DNA of 64,000 bases from Thermodesulfobacteriota bacterium. GTDB lineage: Bacteria; Desulfobacterota; Desulfarculia; JACQYL01. A model generated the notes under the pieces. It was not told where the DNA came from, did no database searches, and saw only the letters and a program-made list of their open reading frames with translations. Position 1 is the first letter of the stretch. The number at the start of each line of letters is the position of its first letter. The stretch is from assembly GCA_963675595.2 (NCBI GenBank), contig CAXXLZ010000002.1:2944001-3008000 (forward strand). The letters are read 5' to 3'. Below, in pieces: positions 20,371 to 30,490 of the stretch. The position numbers were made by a program, and so were the translations under genes.

Positions 20371-22208
20371 ATGACTCATTTTAAAGAAAGTATAGATCAG
20401 GTATATGATAATAGAGAAAAGTTTATATTGATCGGGTTGACAGGGCGAACAGGATCAGGTTGTAGTACAACAGCATTCATTCTTAGTTCTGAAATAGCTG
20501 CAGTGAAACTACCCAAGCCAAATCAATGCTTAGATGACCCTAATGAAGACAGAAAGTATGGAATTATATACAAATATGCAATGAACAACTGGAAACAGTT
20601 TAACTGGATCAAAATCAAGGACATAATTACTTCCTATATCTTGGAGGTAAATATTGAGGAATTTGCAGACTATATTTTTCGCGAAGTAATAAAGAAGGCA
20701 AGCACGACTTCTGATGCTAAAAAGACTTTGCTGAGTTCATGTGAAGCAGAATACAATAGGTTAAGAAACGAAATGTCCACTTTAACAGTCAATGGCTGGG
20801 ATGAGATAAAGATAGAAAAATATGAAGAAGCGTATAAATTGATATTCGAAGATTTGAGGAGATTCTCTGACAAATTAAAAAGAACATTGAATGAAATATC
20901 AGAGGATAATTATACCCATGTTTATCAAGTAATAGGAAACAATATAAGATCATCAGGATCTGCAATTTCAACAGAATACAAACCTAATAATATATTCTCT
21001 ATCTCAACAAGGGTAAATCATCTAATTAAACTTTTCAGGAAAAAGTCTAAAAAAGATAGAGAATCGGTCTTTGTTGTTATAGACACACTCCGGAATCCAT
21101 TTGAGGCACTCTATTTCAGAGAACGTTATTCTGCCTTTTATTTAATGGCAATTAATACTCCTGACGAAACTAGGCGTATTCGCTTGCAGAAACAACATAA
21201 TTTAAACGAATCACAGATCACCGATATTGATAACAGGGAATATAATAACAAGAAAAAGAAAAAGGACATTTTTACTTCCCAAGACATTCAGAAATGTTAC
21301 GACTTGGCTGATATACATATTCACAACCCCCAAATCGGCGTAGACGACTTAACCATTCTTAAAAAACAGATCGCTAAATTCGTCACTCTAATTATGCATC
21401 CAGGTTTGGTCGTGCCTACAAGAGTAGAAAGATGCATGCAAATTGCTCATACTGCAAAACTGAATTCCGGTTGCATGAGTAGACAGGTTGGAGCTGTGGT
21501 TACTGACAAATTCTATTCTATAAAAGCAATTGGCTGGAATACGTCAGCTGAGGGGCAAACACCTTGTATGCTAAGGAATGTTATCGATTTAATAAACTGT
21601 GAAGACGGCTCAGCATATAGTGCATATGAGAAAAACGATAATATATTTAGATCTAAGATACTCGAAGTATATAGCACAATTGACTCAAAACCTTTATGCA
21701 ATCGACTTAAAGGGCGTAATGTGCCATATTGTTTCAAGGATATTAAAAATAGCATAGATGGTCATAAGAATCAAGTGCACACAAGATCTCTTCATGCAGA
21801 GGAAAATGCTTTCTGCAGCTTACAAAATATGGCGGAGAAGGCATCATGGGAGGAATTTTATTCACTACATCTAGCCCATGCGAATTATGTTCAAAGAAAG
21901 CTTATCAACTTGGAATTAAAACAATATACTATATTGATCCTTATCCAGGCATATCTAATCAGCATATTATTTCCATAGGAGATAAACGGCCTTGCCTAAC
22001 TCTTTTTAGTGGAGCAATCGGTAGAGCTTATCATCAATTATATGAACCTATTATGCCTTACAAAGATGAATTGGAATTAATCATTGATTTCAAAATAGCA
22101 GACCCTTACACATTATTAACTGAGAGGATCAAAACGCTCGAAAACGATAATGCCGACAAAGACCGCAAAATCACTGAGTTAAAAGGCATTATTGATTCTC
22201 AGAGGTGA
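20371..22208 (+). CDS. AvcD-like P-loop kinase / dCTP(dCMP) deaminase, anti-phage type; 1-nt frameshift near 21812
   Basis: GLTGRTGSGCST, SGCMSRQVGA, HTRSLHAEENAF in one frame; LQLTKYGG...SPCELC in the next frame; AT-rich. Confidence 0.85.
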
Positions 22209-22290
22209 CAGCCTCATTAATCGATTCCCAAAATAGGCTATCTTATTGATATTGCGATATTAACATGGCTAATTATGTGACTATAGGCGC

Positions 22291-22660
22291 CTTGTTGAAT
22301 AACGTGACAAAACACGCTTGACGCTTCAGCAGAAAAGAGGCACGGCGCTGCGTTCACCCGTTGCATCGTCCATGATCCTAAACCTCATGCCGCGAAAAGC
22401 ACGCATGGATGCGCCGGGAGCTTTGCACCACCTCATCCGCTTAGGATCGAACGGCATAAGATCTTCCGACACCGACTGAATTCGGTTGGTCGATCTGTTG
22501 GGGAAACTGCTGAGTGAATCCGGAGCGCCCTGTCATGCGTGGGCTTCGAGCCCCTACTGAGCCGGTAAAGACAGTTGCGGCAAGCGCATCGGCTGTCGGA
22601 CGGATTGCTTCGGATCATGGATTGTCCGTTGAAGAATAGAGGTGCCCCAAATCAACCCCG
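22291..22660 (+). mobile_element. Degenerate RAYT (Y1 HUH transposase)-derived element, copy 1
   Basis: MPRKARMDAPGALHHLI.. at 22387 then broken frame; similar to 28111-28507. Confidence 0.65.
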
Positions 22661-22754
22661 CCCCCATTTTTCGGACTGTTGGAAAAAGGTTGCGTGTTTC
22701 GTCGACGCGAAAAGTTCGTAGACGCGACGAGGGATTCGAGTGAAGCCGTCCCGT

Positions 22755-23516
22755 TCACCGCACAAGGCTCTTTTTGTCCCCTCCCACATGAGGAACGGCG
22801 TCCCAAATTCGCCCGTTAAGCAGGCGACCATTCCGTTTCTTACCTTGTTTCTTTCCGTCGGTACTCCAAGCGCCCCACTGTTTGAAGAAGAAAGGCACTC
22901 CGTACTCATCGCACCGGTTCTTGATGCGTAACACCCATTCGGGTCGCATGGGCCTAGCTTTGGGTCCCGATTCGCCCCCGACAATGACCCAATGTATGCC
23001 GGTAAGGTCGATATGGCCGAGATCTTCCAGTAGGGGTTCCAGAGAAACAAAACGGATGGAAGCCGGAATTCGTCTAAGAACATCGAGACGAGGCAGACCG
23101 AATGCCCGATCTTCCACCGTTACTCCCAACCAAACATTGGGCGGTGACTCATTCTTGCTGAAGAATTCCGCCATTCTTTCGGCACGTTTGGTCAGAACTT
23201 GAAAGGTGTGCCATGACGCCTCCCGCATAACCGCCAGCACTTTTAGTAGATAACTCTCCGGAATATCATCATGAAACAGATCGCTCATGGAATTGACGAA
23301 ATAAACGGTGGGGCGTTTTCGTTTTATGGGTGCCGACAATCGCTCGGGAAGGAGGGTCAGCCGAAACCCATGTTCGTAACCGGTGACGCCCATGGCCTGC
23401 AAACGTCTTGCCATTGCCTCGGCATAGCAATGGGCGCAACCGGGTGATATTTTATCGCACCCGACAGTGGGGTTCCATGTCTCTTCCGTCCATTCGATGG
23501 ATGTCTTTGTGCTCAT
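22755..23516 (-). CDS. DUF5131 / phage Gp37-Gp68 family protein (three-Cys radical-SAM-like)
   Basis: IEWTEETWNP..GCDKISPGCAHCYA, FVNSMSDLFH, WVIVGGESG, FFFKQWG. Confidence 0.92.
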   Translation of the reverse strand: MSTKTSIEWTEETWNPTVGCDKISPGCAHCYAEAMARRLQAMGVTGYEHGFRLTLLPERLSAPIKRKRPTVYFVNSMSDLFHDDIPESYLLKVLAVMREASWHTFQVLTKRAERMAEFFSKNESPPNVWLGVTVEDRAFGLPRLDVLRRIPASIRFVSLEPLLEDLGHIDLTGIHWVIVGGESGPKARPMRPEWVLRIKNRCDEYGVPFFFKQWGAWSTDGKKQGKKRNGRLLNGRIWDAVPHVGGDKKSLVR

Positions 23517-24633
23517 GGCCGGACCTTTTTAAGAAATTCGCCTTTGTTGTCGTTGTTGGAGAAGTGAACAAATTTTTTGCGTCGTCGCCCGGTTGCGTCC
23601 AGGTTTTTCACCTCTCCCTCTTTTTCTAGTCTGCCGAATGCAGCCTGCAAATCACTTTCAAACCACCCGGTCTCCTCGATCATGTCCGCCAACTCTTCGA
23701 TACCAAACCGTTTCGGGTCGGTCGTAAGCTTGCTGAGCCAGTAAGACCCGACTTCGGCTTGATCAGCGAAAGCTTCTTTGGAAATACCATCTGCCGATCG
23801 AAATAACTCGAGCTGACGACTTCTGGATTCTCTTTTTTCCTGTTTCGCCTGAGCCCTGGTACGTCGTTGCACAAAATCCGAGCGCTCTGAAGCCTCCATA
23901 AATACTGTGACGCCTTTCGGGTGTCGAGTCAGGTAGATCAGATGGTACAAGGTGCGGTCGACGGTGCCCTTGAGTATGGGCACAGGTACGGCACGTGGCT
24001 TTCCTCCCCGGGCGGGCATGATCTCTCTCAGGCGTTTCAGATATAGGCCGACCAGACATTTCTCTTTCTCCAAGGGCGTGAGCCCTGCGGTGTCCGGGAT
24101 CTCACCGAAAATCGCGCGGATGTCATCGGCGAATGAATCCTGCGTGTGTGTGCGAAGTACGAAGTCATACATGAAGTTGATCAGAAATTCGGAGTTGGCG
24201 CGCCTGAGAAGCGGCGCAAGAGTCCCAATTTCAATGACGTTCTTCCAGCCTTTGGGGTCGATAAAGAAGAAGGTGAAATCAGCAGGTCCACACCATTGTA
24301 GTATCGATCCACGGAGTTCAAAAAAATCACCCTGAAATGCCGTGGTTGAAATGTCATGCTCCTGGATCCCGGCCAGATGATGCTGCAACTCCTGGAAAGC
24401 GGTTTTCTCTTTCTCAATGAATAATGTGTGGAAGGACACCCTTTTCCCCATGCCTTCGAGGCCGGCTTTGCATTTTCGGATGATATTTAGAGAAATGCCG
24501 ATGGAGGTGTGGTTTCGCTAACCTAAAACTGACCCACCTGTGGAGGGAACGCTAACGGAAAATTGACCCACCTGTGATCAGGTCCTGATAAGTGGGATGA
24601 AGGAAGCAAAGACCGCTTGTCGGGGGTGAGGAG

Positions 24634-26139
24634 ATGCTGACGGTGGATCAATACGGCTACGTTAGGACGGCACATCGGGTGTACGGCAAGGGGATCAGGG
24701 AGATCGCCCGAGAGACGGGGCACTCCAGGAACACGATCAAGAGAGCATTGCGGGAGGAGTACGGCGGTTACGGCGAGAGGCGACATCAGCCCTATCCTTC
24801 TTTGGGGCGGTTTCTCAAAACGATCGACGGTTGGCTGACGGAAGACCGGGAGCGGCCTCGGAAGCAGCGACATACGGCGGCGCGGATTTACCATCGATTG
24901 AGGAAGGAGCATGGATTCGAGGGCGGGGAGAGCACGGTGAGACGTTACGTGCGTGAAGCGCGAAGGCGGTTGGGCGTGGGTGAACCCCGGGTCTTTATTC
25001 CCCTTGAGCCCGATCTCGGTATGGAGGCCGAGGTGGATTGGGGCGGCTGCCACGCCGTTGTGGCCGGAGAGTGCGTGAAGCTCAAGCTGTTTTGCATGCG
25101 TTCCAAGGGCAGCGGCAAACCGTTTGTACGCTGTTTTCCATGCGAACGGCAACAGGCGCTGTTTGAAGGACACATGGAAGCCTTCGCCTTCTACGGAGGA
25201 GTCTTCCGGCGGTTGATCTACGACAACCTGACCACCGCGGTGCAGAAGGTGTTCAAAGGCAAGCAACGCAAGCTTCAGGAAAGTTTCGAGCGATTTCGGG
25301 CGTACTACGGCTTTGTGCCCCGATTCTGCAATCGCGGCCAGGCGCATGAGAAGGGTGGAGTGGAAGGGCTCGTAGGCTATGCTCGACGGAATTTTCTGGT
25401 GCCCGTGCCGGAAGTGGGGAGCCTGGAGGAACTCAACGCGCAGCTCTTGGCGGAATGCGCCTCCTACGGAGACCACCGCATCACGGGTCGGGAAAAGACC
25501 GTCGAGGAGCTTTTCCAGGAGGAGAAAGGGCTTCTGATACCGCTTCCGGAGATTCCCTTCGCCAACGTGGAAGTCGTTTCCGGCAAGGTGGACAAGTACT
25601 CCACGGTCATCGTCGAGAAGAACCGTTATTCGGCGCCGCCTCGCTTCGTGGGTCTCATGACTCGCGTGATGTTGTACGTGGACCGGGTGGAGGTTTTCTA
25701 CGGAGGCCGAAGGATCGCCGTGCATCCTCGGCATTACGGCAACAACAAATGGCGGCTCGATCCCATGCACTACCTGGAGTTGCTGCATCGTCGTCCCCAA
25801 GCCTTCGCCGACGCCCGGCCGATCCGCCAATGGAGAGCCGTCTGGCCGCCCTCCCTGGAAAGACTCCTGGAACGATTTTGTGAAGCTCAGGGCGAAAATC
25901 GCGGGATCAAAGACTTCATCGGGGTGTTGAGGCTCTTCCGGGAACATGAGGAAAGGGACGTGTTTGATGCCGTGGAAGCGGCCGTGGGAGCCGGAGTGAG
26001 TTCACGGGAGGCGGTGGAACACCTTCTGATCATGTCCGAAGGCAAAGATCACGCCTCCCGGCCCGCCTCCCTTGACGCGTGGCCGACGTTTTCACCGCCG
26101 GATGTTTCCGTGTACTCGCGGATCGGAGCGCTGTCATGA
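24634..26139 (+). CDS. istA: IS21 transposase
   Basis: N-terminal HTH, EAEVDWG, YDNL, EKGGVEG DDE motifs. Confidence 0.95.
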   Translation: MLTVDQYGYVRTAHRVYGKGIREIARETGHSRNTIKRALREEYGGYGERRHQPYPSLGRFLKTIDGWLTEDRERPRKQRHTAARIYHRLRKEHGFEGGESTVRRYVREARRRLGVGEPRVFIPLEPDLGMEAEVDWGGCHAVVAGECVKLKLFCMRSKGSGKPFVRCFPCERQQALFEGHMEAFAFYGGVFRRLIYDNLTTAVQKVFKGKQRKLQESFERFRAYYGFVPRFCNRGQAHEKGGVEGLVGYARRNFLVPVPEVGSLEELNAQLLAECASYGDHRITGREKTVEELFQEEKGLLIPLPEIPFANVEVVSGKVDKYSTVIVEKNRYSAPPRFVGLMTRVMLYVDRVEVFYGGRRIAVHPRHYGNNKWRLDPMHYLELLHRRPQAFADARPIRQWRAVWPPSLERLLERFCEAQGENRGIKDFIGVLRLFREHEERDVFDAVEAAVGAGVSSREAVEHLLIMSEGKDHASRPASLDAWPTFSPPDVSVYSRIGALS

Positions 26140-26912
26140 AACCGGCCGTTCAAGCCCAGTTAACGGCCAATCTGAAAATCCTGAAGCTCTCCGCCGTCCT
26201 GAGCCATCTGGAAACGCAGTTGCGCCAAGCGCGGGAAAACAAGGAGGATTATGCGGAGTTCCTCCTTGGACTGAGTGAACTGGAAGTGGCGGCTCGAATG
26301 GAGAACGGCTGCAAACGCCGGATCCACGACGCCCGTTTCCCGCTGCTCAAGCCCATGGAGAGCTTCCGGTTCGAGGCGGCACCGGAACTCGATGTGAGGA
26401 AAATCCGGGAACTTCTTGAAGGGCAATACATCCGGGAGGCCCGCAACGTCATCTTTCTGGGCCGGAGCGGCACGGGAAAGACCCACCTGGCCACGGCCCT
26501 CGGAATGGCCGCCTGCCGACAAGGAGTACGAACCCGATTCCTGACCGGCTGTTCCTTGGCCAATGAACTGATTGAAGCCCGGGACGAAAAGGTCCTGGGC
26601 CGGGTCATGAAACGATATGCTTCCTACGGTCTGTTGATCGTAGATGAACTGGGGTATGTGCCCCTGTCCAGGGAAGGGGCGGAGCTGCTTTTTCAAGTTC
26701 TGGCCGAGCGGCATGAAAAGAAGCCCGTAATCATCACGACGAACCTCGGGTTCGGCGACTGGACACAGATCTTCGGAGACCCAACCCTGACTGCGGCGCT
26801 ACTGGACCGGGTGACGCACAAGGCCCACGTCATTTCCTGTTCCTGGGAGAGCTATCGTTTGAAGGACACGCTCAAGAAAAAGCAGCCGCCTCAAGACCGG
26901 GTTCTCGGCTGA
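26136..26912 (+). CDS. istB: IS21 helper ATPase
   Basis: GRSGTGKTHLA, LIVDELGY, ITTNL, ALLDRV; ATGA overlap with istA. Confidence 0.95.
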   Translation: MKPAVQAQLTANLKILKLSAVLSHLETQLRQARENKEDYAEFLLGLSELEVAARMENGCKRRIHDARFPLLKPMESFRFEAAPELDVRKIRELLEGQYIREARNVIFLGRSGTGKTHLATALGMAACRQGVRTRFLTGCSLANELIEARDEKVLGRVMKRYASYGLLIVDELGYVPLSREGAELLFQVLAERHEKKPVIITTNLGFGDWTQIFGDPTLTAALLDRVTHKAHVISCSWESYRLKDTLKKKQPPQDRVLG

Positions 26913-27286
26913 CAACTCCGGTCGCCTACGGCTTCCTACGTTGTCAGCCGATCCAAGCCCCGACCAGGGAGGACGGCTGAGGAAACCCATAACCAAACCC
27001 AAGGGTGGGTCAATTTTCCGTGATCAAGGTGGGTCAATTTTGGGTTGTCATTACGAGAGGTGTCGTGAAGGTCCTTACTCCCTTGCTGCCAAGGACCTGA
27101 GAAGCAGTCCACATAGCGAATATTCTTCTGGTGTAACCCAATAATCATGAACAGGCGCTGCAGATAAGTCTCAAGGAGCCTGTGCTTAACAAGAGCTTGC
27201 TCTCGGCCTTTATAGGTTTTACTGATCTTTGACAGTTCAAAACAACTAATGCAGTAATTTCAGCTGCTTATACGAAAAAGAAAGGT

Positions 27287-28099
27287 TTATGGCACTACGT
27301 TTTGGTGCTCCTGGAGAGTCTGTAAAGTGGGCGGCGGTTTGAGGCCAACGGCTTGGAAGATGCGGTAGGCGTCGCCTTGGAATTCCGTTCTGAGGAGGTA
27401 GGATTTCTCTGCGACCTGTAGATGGATGGCTTTGAAGGCGTCGAGGTCGAGCAGAACCTGGTCCCAAGGGATGTCGATTTCTTTGGTTTTGAGCTGTTTC
27501 TGCAGCGCGATCTTCAGGTATAGGGCCAGGAAGTTGCAGAAAATGTGACCTTGAACGCGTTGACACCGTTGATGGAACACGGGCCTGACTTCCAGGGCGG
27601 ATTTGAGGTCCCGGAAGGCTCTTTCCACCTGCCACAGTCGCTTGTAGGTGACCGCGACTTCATCGGCGGGAATGTCGGTACTGGTGAGGAGAACATACTT
27701 GCCGTCGAAGCGGGCGTCGTCCTTGACCTTGGCGGGATCGATGCGCACGGTTTCCCGGTCGAGTTTGATGAATTTCCTGAAGCCCTTGTTTCCCACCAGA
27801 GACTGGGGCCCCTGTTTTTTCAGGGTGGTTTTCAACTTTTCCACAAGGGCCGATCGGGTGGCCTCGTCTTTGGCTGCTTGGTCTTGGTTGTAGCAGAGGA
27901 CGTAACGGCATCCGTTCAGATGAATCTCCTTGAACCACAAGGTGGGAGTGAGCGCTTGGTAGTAGCCCGGAGTGTCCACCACTTGGCCTCGGACATCCTG
28001 GTAACGGCGCATGGGGATGCCCACGATGTAGTCGATACCGGCACGCTCCAGTTCCACCAGATTGTCGACGCGGACCATACCGCGGTCGGAGACCAGTAA
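27287..28099 (-). pseudogene. IS1634-family transposase, 5'-truncated
   Basis: LVSDRGMV, DGKYVLLT, YKRLWQVERAFRDLKS.LEVRPVFH...RVQGH; N-terminal half missing. Confidence 0.85.
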
Positions 28100-28110
28100 C
28101 TTAGGGGACG

Positions 28111-28507
28111 TTGTTGATTAACGTGACAAAATACCATAGACGCTCCGGTAGAACAGAGGCACGGTGTTGAATTCCCTCGCTTCATCGTCCATGATAGAAG
28201 AATCTCATGCTGCGAGAAGCAGGCATTGATGCACCTGGAGCGTTGCATCACCTCATCCGGCCAGGGATCGAACGGAATGAGTTCTTCCGTGACCATCCCG
28301 ATGGAAACCGGTTGGTCGATCACCGGGTGAAACCGCCGGTCGAGACTGCAACACCCTGTTCCGCCACTGGTTTGATCCCCACCTGAGGTTGCAGAGAAAC
28401 GCTGGACGAAGCGCCGGGCAGTCGGCCGGGCCGCCAGCAGAGGCGAACGGACTCCATCGGATAAGGGATGATCCATTGAAAAATTGAAACGCACCAAATC
28501 AACCCCG
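28111..28507 (+). mobile_element. Degenerate RAYT-derived element, copy 2
   Basis: MLREAGIDAPGALHHLIRPGIERNEFFRD at 28207; shares ttgttga.taacgtgacaaaa start and caaatcaaccccg end with copy 1. Confidence 0.65.
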
Positions 28508-28706
28508 TTTCCTACGATTCCGAAGCCTATCCCAACGAAAATGCTTTGACGTAAGTAAGTGCCTTGAAGAAACGCTGCAACCAGCTTTTTTCAGCGATCC
28601 GTTACGGATCCGGGGAACCCGGGGTCCGGTTCAGCGCATGCCGACAACACACGAGGCTCGGTCCGTCCATACGGATCCGGCCGCACTTTCAATGGGGTAT
28701 CATCCA

Positions 28707-29786
28707 ATGAAAAATGGTTTCAAATCGCTGTGGATTCTTTCTCTTTTCTTTTTGTTGCTCTGCTCGCCCGCCAATGCGGATAGCTCACAGGCGCAAAATG
28801 CCTTATTACCCAAAGTTGTTGTGGTCACTACCGGTGGAACGGTGGCCATGAAATACGACTCCGCCTCCGGAGGGGCTGTTCCCGCCGTATCCGGCAAAGA
28901 TCTAATCGAGGCGGTACCTGGGTTGGATCACATCGCTGCTATCGAAACGGTTGAGCTCTGCAATATCGACAGTTCACAGATGACACCGGAACTATGGAGG
29001 AAGTTAAGTGCCAAGGTACAGGAAATTCTTGAACGACCCGATGTGCAAGGGGTGGTCGTAACACACGGCACGGATACGATGGCTGAAGGTGCCTTTTTTC
29101 TTGAAACGACCCTGCAAAGTGAAAAGCCCGTTGTTTTTGTCGGTGCGATGCGAAGTGCCTCTGATCTAAGCCCCGATGGACCGGCCAATATTTACAATGC
29201 AGTATTGCAGGTCTGCTCCCCTCAAGCCAAAGAATGGGGCGTCACGGTTACCATGAATCAGTTTATCAATAGCGCACGACATGTTCAAAAGGATGAAACA
29301 ACCAACGTGCAAACATTTAATTCTGGTGAATATGGGTATCTTGGATACATAGTGGGCGATCGTGTGATTCCATTTAACCATGTCCTGATCAAAAACAAGT
29401 GGCCTTTACCCGAACTTTTGCAGGATGTTCCATTACTTTCAACCTATGCGGGAGATGACGGGAAATTTATCCGTTATGCCGTGGATCATGGCGCCAAGGG
29501 ACTAGTGATTCAAGGGGTTGGCGCCGGTAATGTGAATAAGGATGTCTTTCAGGCCATTCAGTATGCGTTGGGTAAGGAACTTCCGGTCGTTGTCGCGACC
29601 AGGGTTCGTCACGGCGGTGCGTACGCACTTTACGGAGACGATGGTGGAGGTGGTTCATTATTAAGCATCGGGGCCCATTTGGCCGGTGATTTGAGCGCAT
29701 ACAAGGCCAGATTATTATTAATGATCACACTATCCCAACCCGATATGACGCCGGAAAAACTGAAAAGGGTCTTTTCTCCTCAGTAA
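28707..29786 (+). CDS. L-asparaginase, secreted type II-like
   Basis: Signal peptide; TTGGTVA, DSSQM, VVTHGTDTM, GAMR...DGPAN. Confidence 0.92.
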   Translation: MKNGFKSLWILSLFFLLLCSPANADSSQAQNALLPKVVVVTTGGTVAMKYDSASGGAVPAVSGKDLIEAVPGLDHIAAIETVELCNIDSSQMTPELWRKLSAKVQEILERPDVQGVVVTHGTDTMAEGAFFLETTLQSEKPVVFVGAMRSASDLSPDGPANIYNAVLQVCSPQAKEWGVTVTMNQFINSARHVQKDETTNVQTFNSGEYGYLGYIVGDRVIPFNHVLIKNKWPLPELLQDVPLLSTYAGDDGKFIRYAVDHGAKGLVIQGVGAGNVNKDVFQAIQYALGKELPVVVATRVRHGGAYALYGDDGGGGSLLSIGAHLAGDLSAYKARLLLMITLSQPDMTPEKLKRVFSPQ

Positions 29787-29805
29787 TTCAAGGCATCCGT
29801 TCACG

Positions 29806-30085
29806 GGGTATTCGGGAAACGCTTTTGGAAAAGGGTTTCCCACAACCCTTCCCAAAACCTGTTGAGCGGGTTGCCCGCTTTCGCGTCGCAACCAAGGTGA
29901 GGGGCCGTTAGGAGAACGATTGCCGGACGCATCAGGGACGAAGCCCTCGCCAAGGGCGCCCCAGTCCGCAGATCTGCTCACGCCGTGAAGCCTCTCCGCC
30001 GGAGGCGGTGAGGCCTGCTTGAAGCTTTTTACAAGGGGGGGAACGGGGGGAGAACTTTTTAAAAAGTTCCCCCCCCGTGAATGAA
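29806..30085. repeat. Inverted doublet of REP-like palindromes
   Basis: gggaaacgcttttggaaaagggtttccc (29810) and oppositely oriented gggagaactttttaaaaagttcccc (30048); 29985-30085 is an inverted copy of 37603-37690. Confidence 0.6.
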
Positions 30086-30232
30086 TACAACGCATCGGCG
30101 GTCGGACGGCGAAGCAACTCCCACGCACTTTACAGGCTCTCCAGGAGCACCAAAACATAGCGCCATACCCCCCCTTTTTCCATAACCCGCCGAAAATACG
30201 TTAACATTTATCCTGAATCGTCAAGAATAGGT

Positions 30233-30490
30233 ATGAATTTCATAAAAAAACCATGCTTCCACTTGTTGCCGGAGGCAGGAAGTCCGTGTATGATGGTATG
30301 TAATTCAAAATCGACTCGAACATCAGAATACCGAAAGAGGTTCCCCCTTTCCGAAGTCGGCATCGTATCCACTCAGGGGTCGCCGTGGGGCTGAATGGTG
30401 GAATTGGGCAAGGCATGATGCTGCTCAGGCTGTCGAGCGTCGGGTTTGAGACGTGGATCGCCTGGTGAACTCTCCCGACGATCCTGAGCC
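30233..30490 (+). repeat. Degenerate duplicated non-coding block, copy 2 (leader of surface protein gene)
   Basis: See 19801 copy. Confidence 0.75.

Larger units (their letters stand above)
24510..27056 (+). mobile_element. IS21-family insertion sequence
   Basis: Repeated terminal IR motif aaa(c/t)tgacccacc / ggtgggtcaattt at both ends; direct target repeat gaggtg(t) at 24504 and 27057; istA-istB. Confidence 0.95.
23513..27221 (-). pseudogene. Three-Cys-motif partner protein TcmP (GMT-wHTH-like), split by IS21, with 5' end abutting IS1634
   Basis: N-part YKGREQALVKHRLLETYL...YVDCFSGPW (27057-27221); C-part FFFIDPKGW, EFLINFM; removing IS21 restores in-frame DLHDTSIGISL. Confidence 0.85.
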
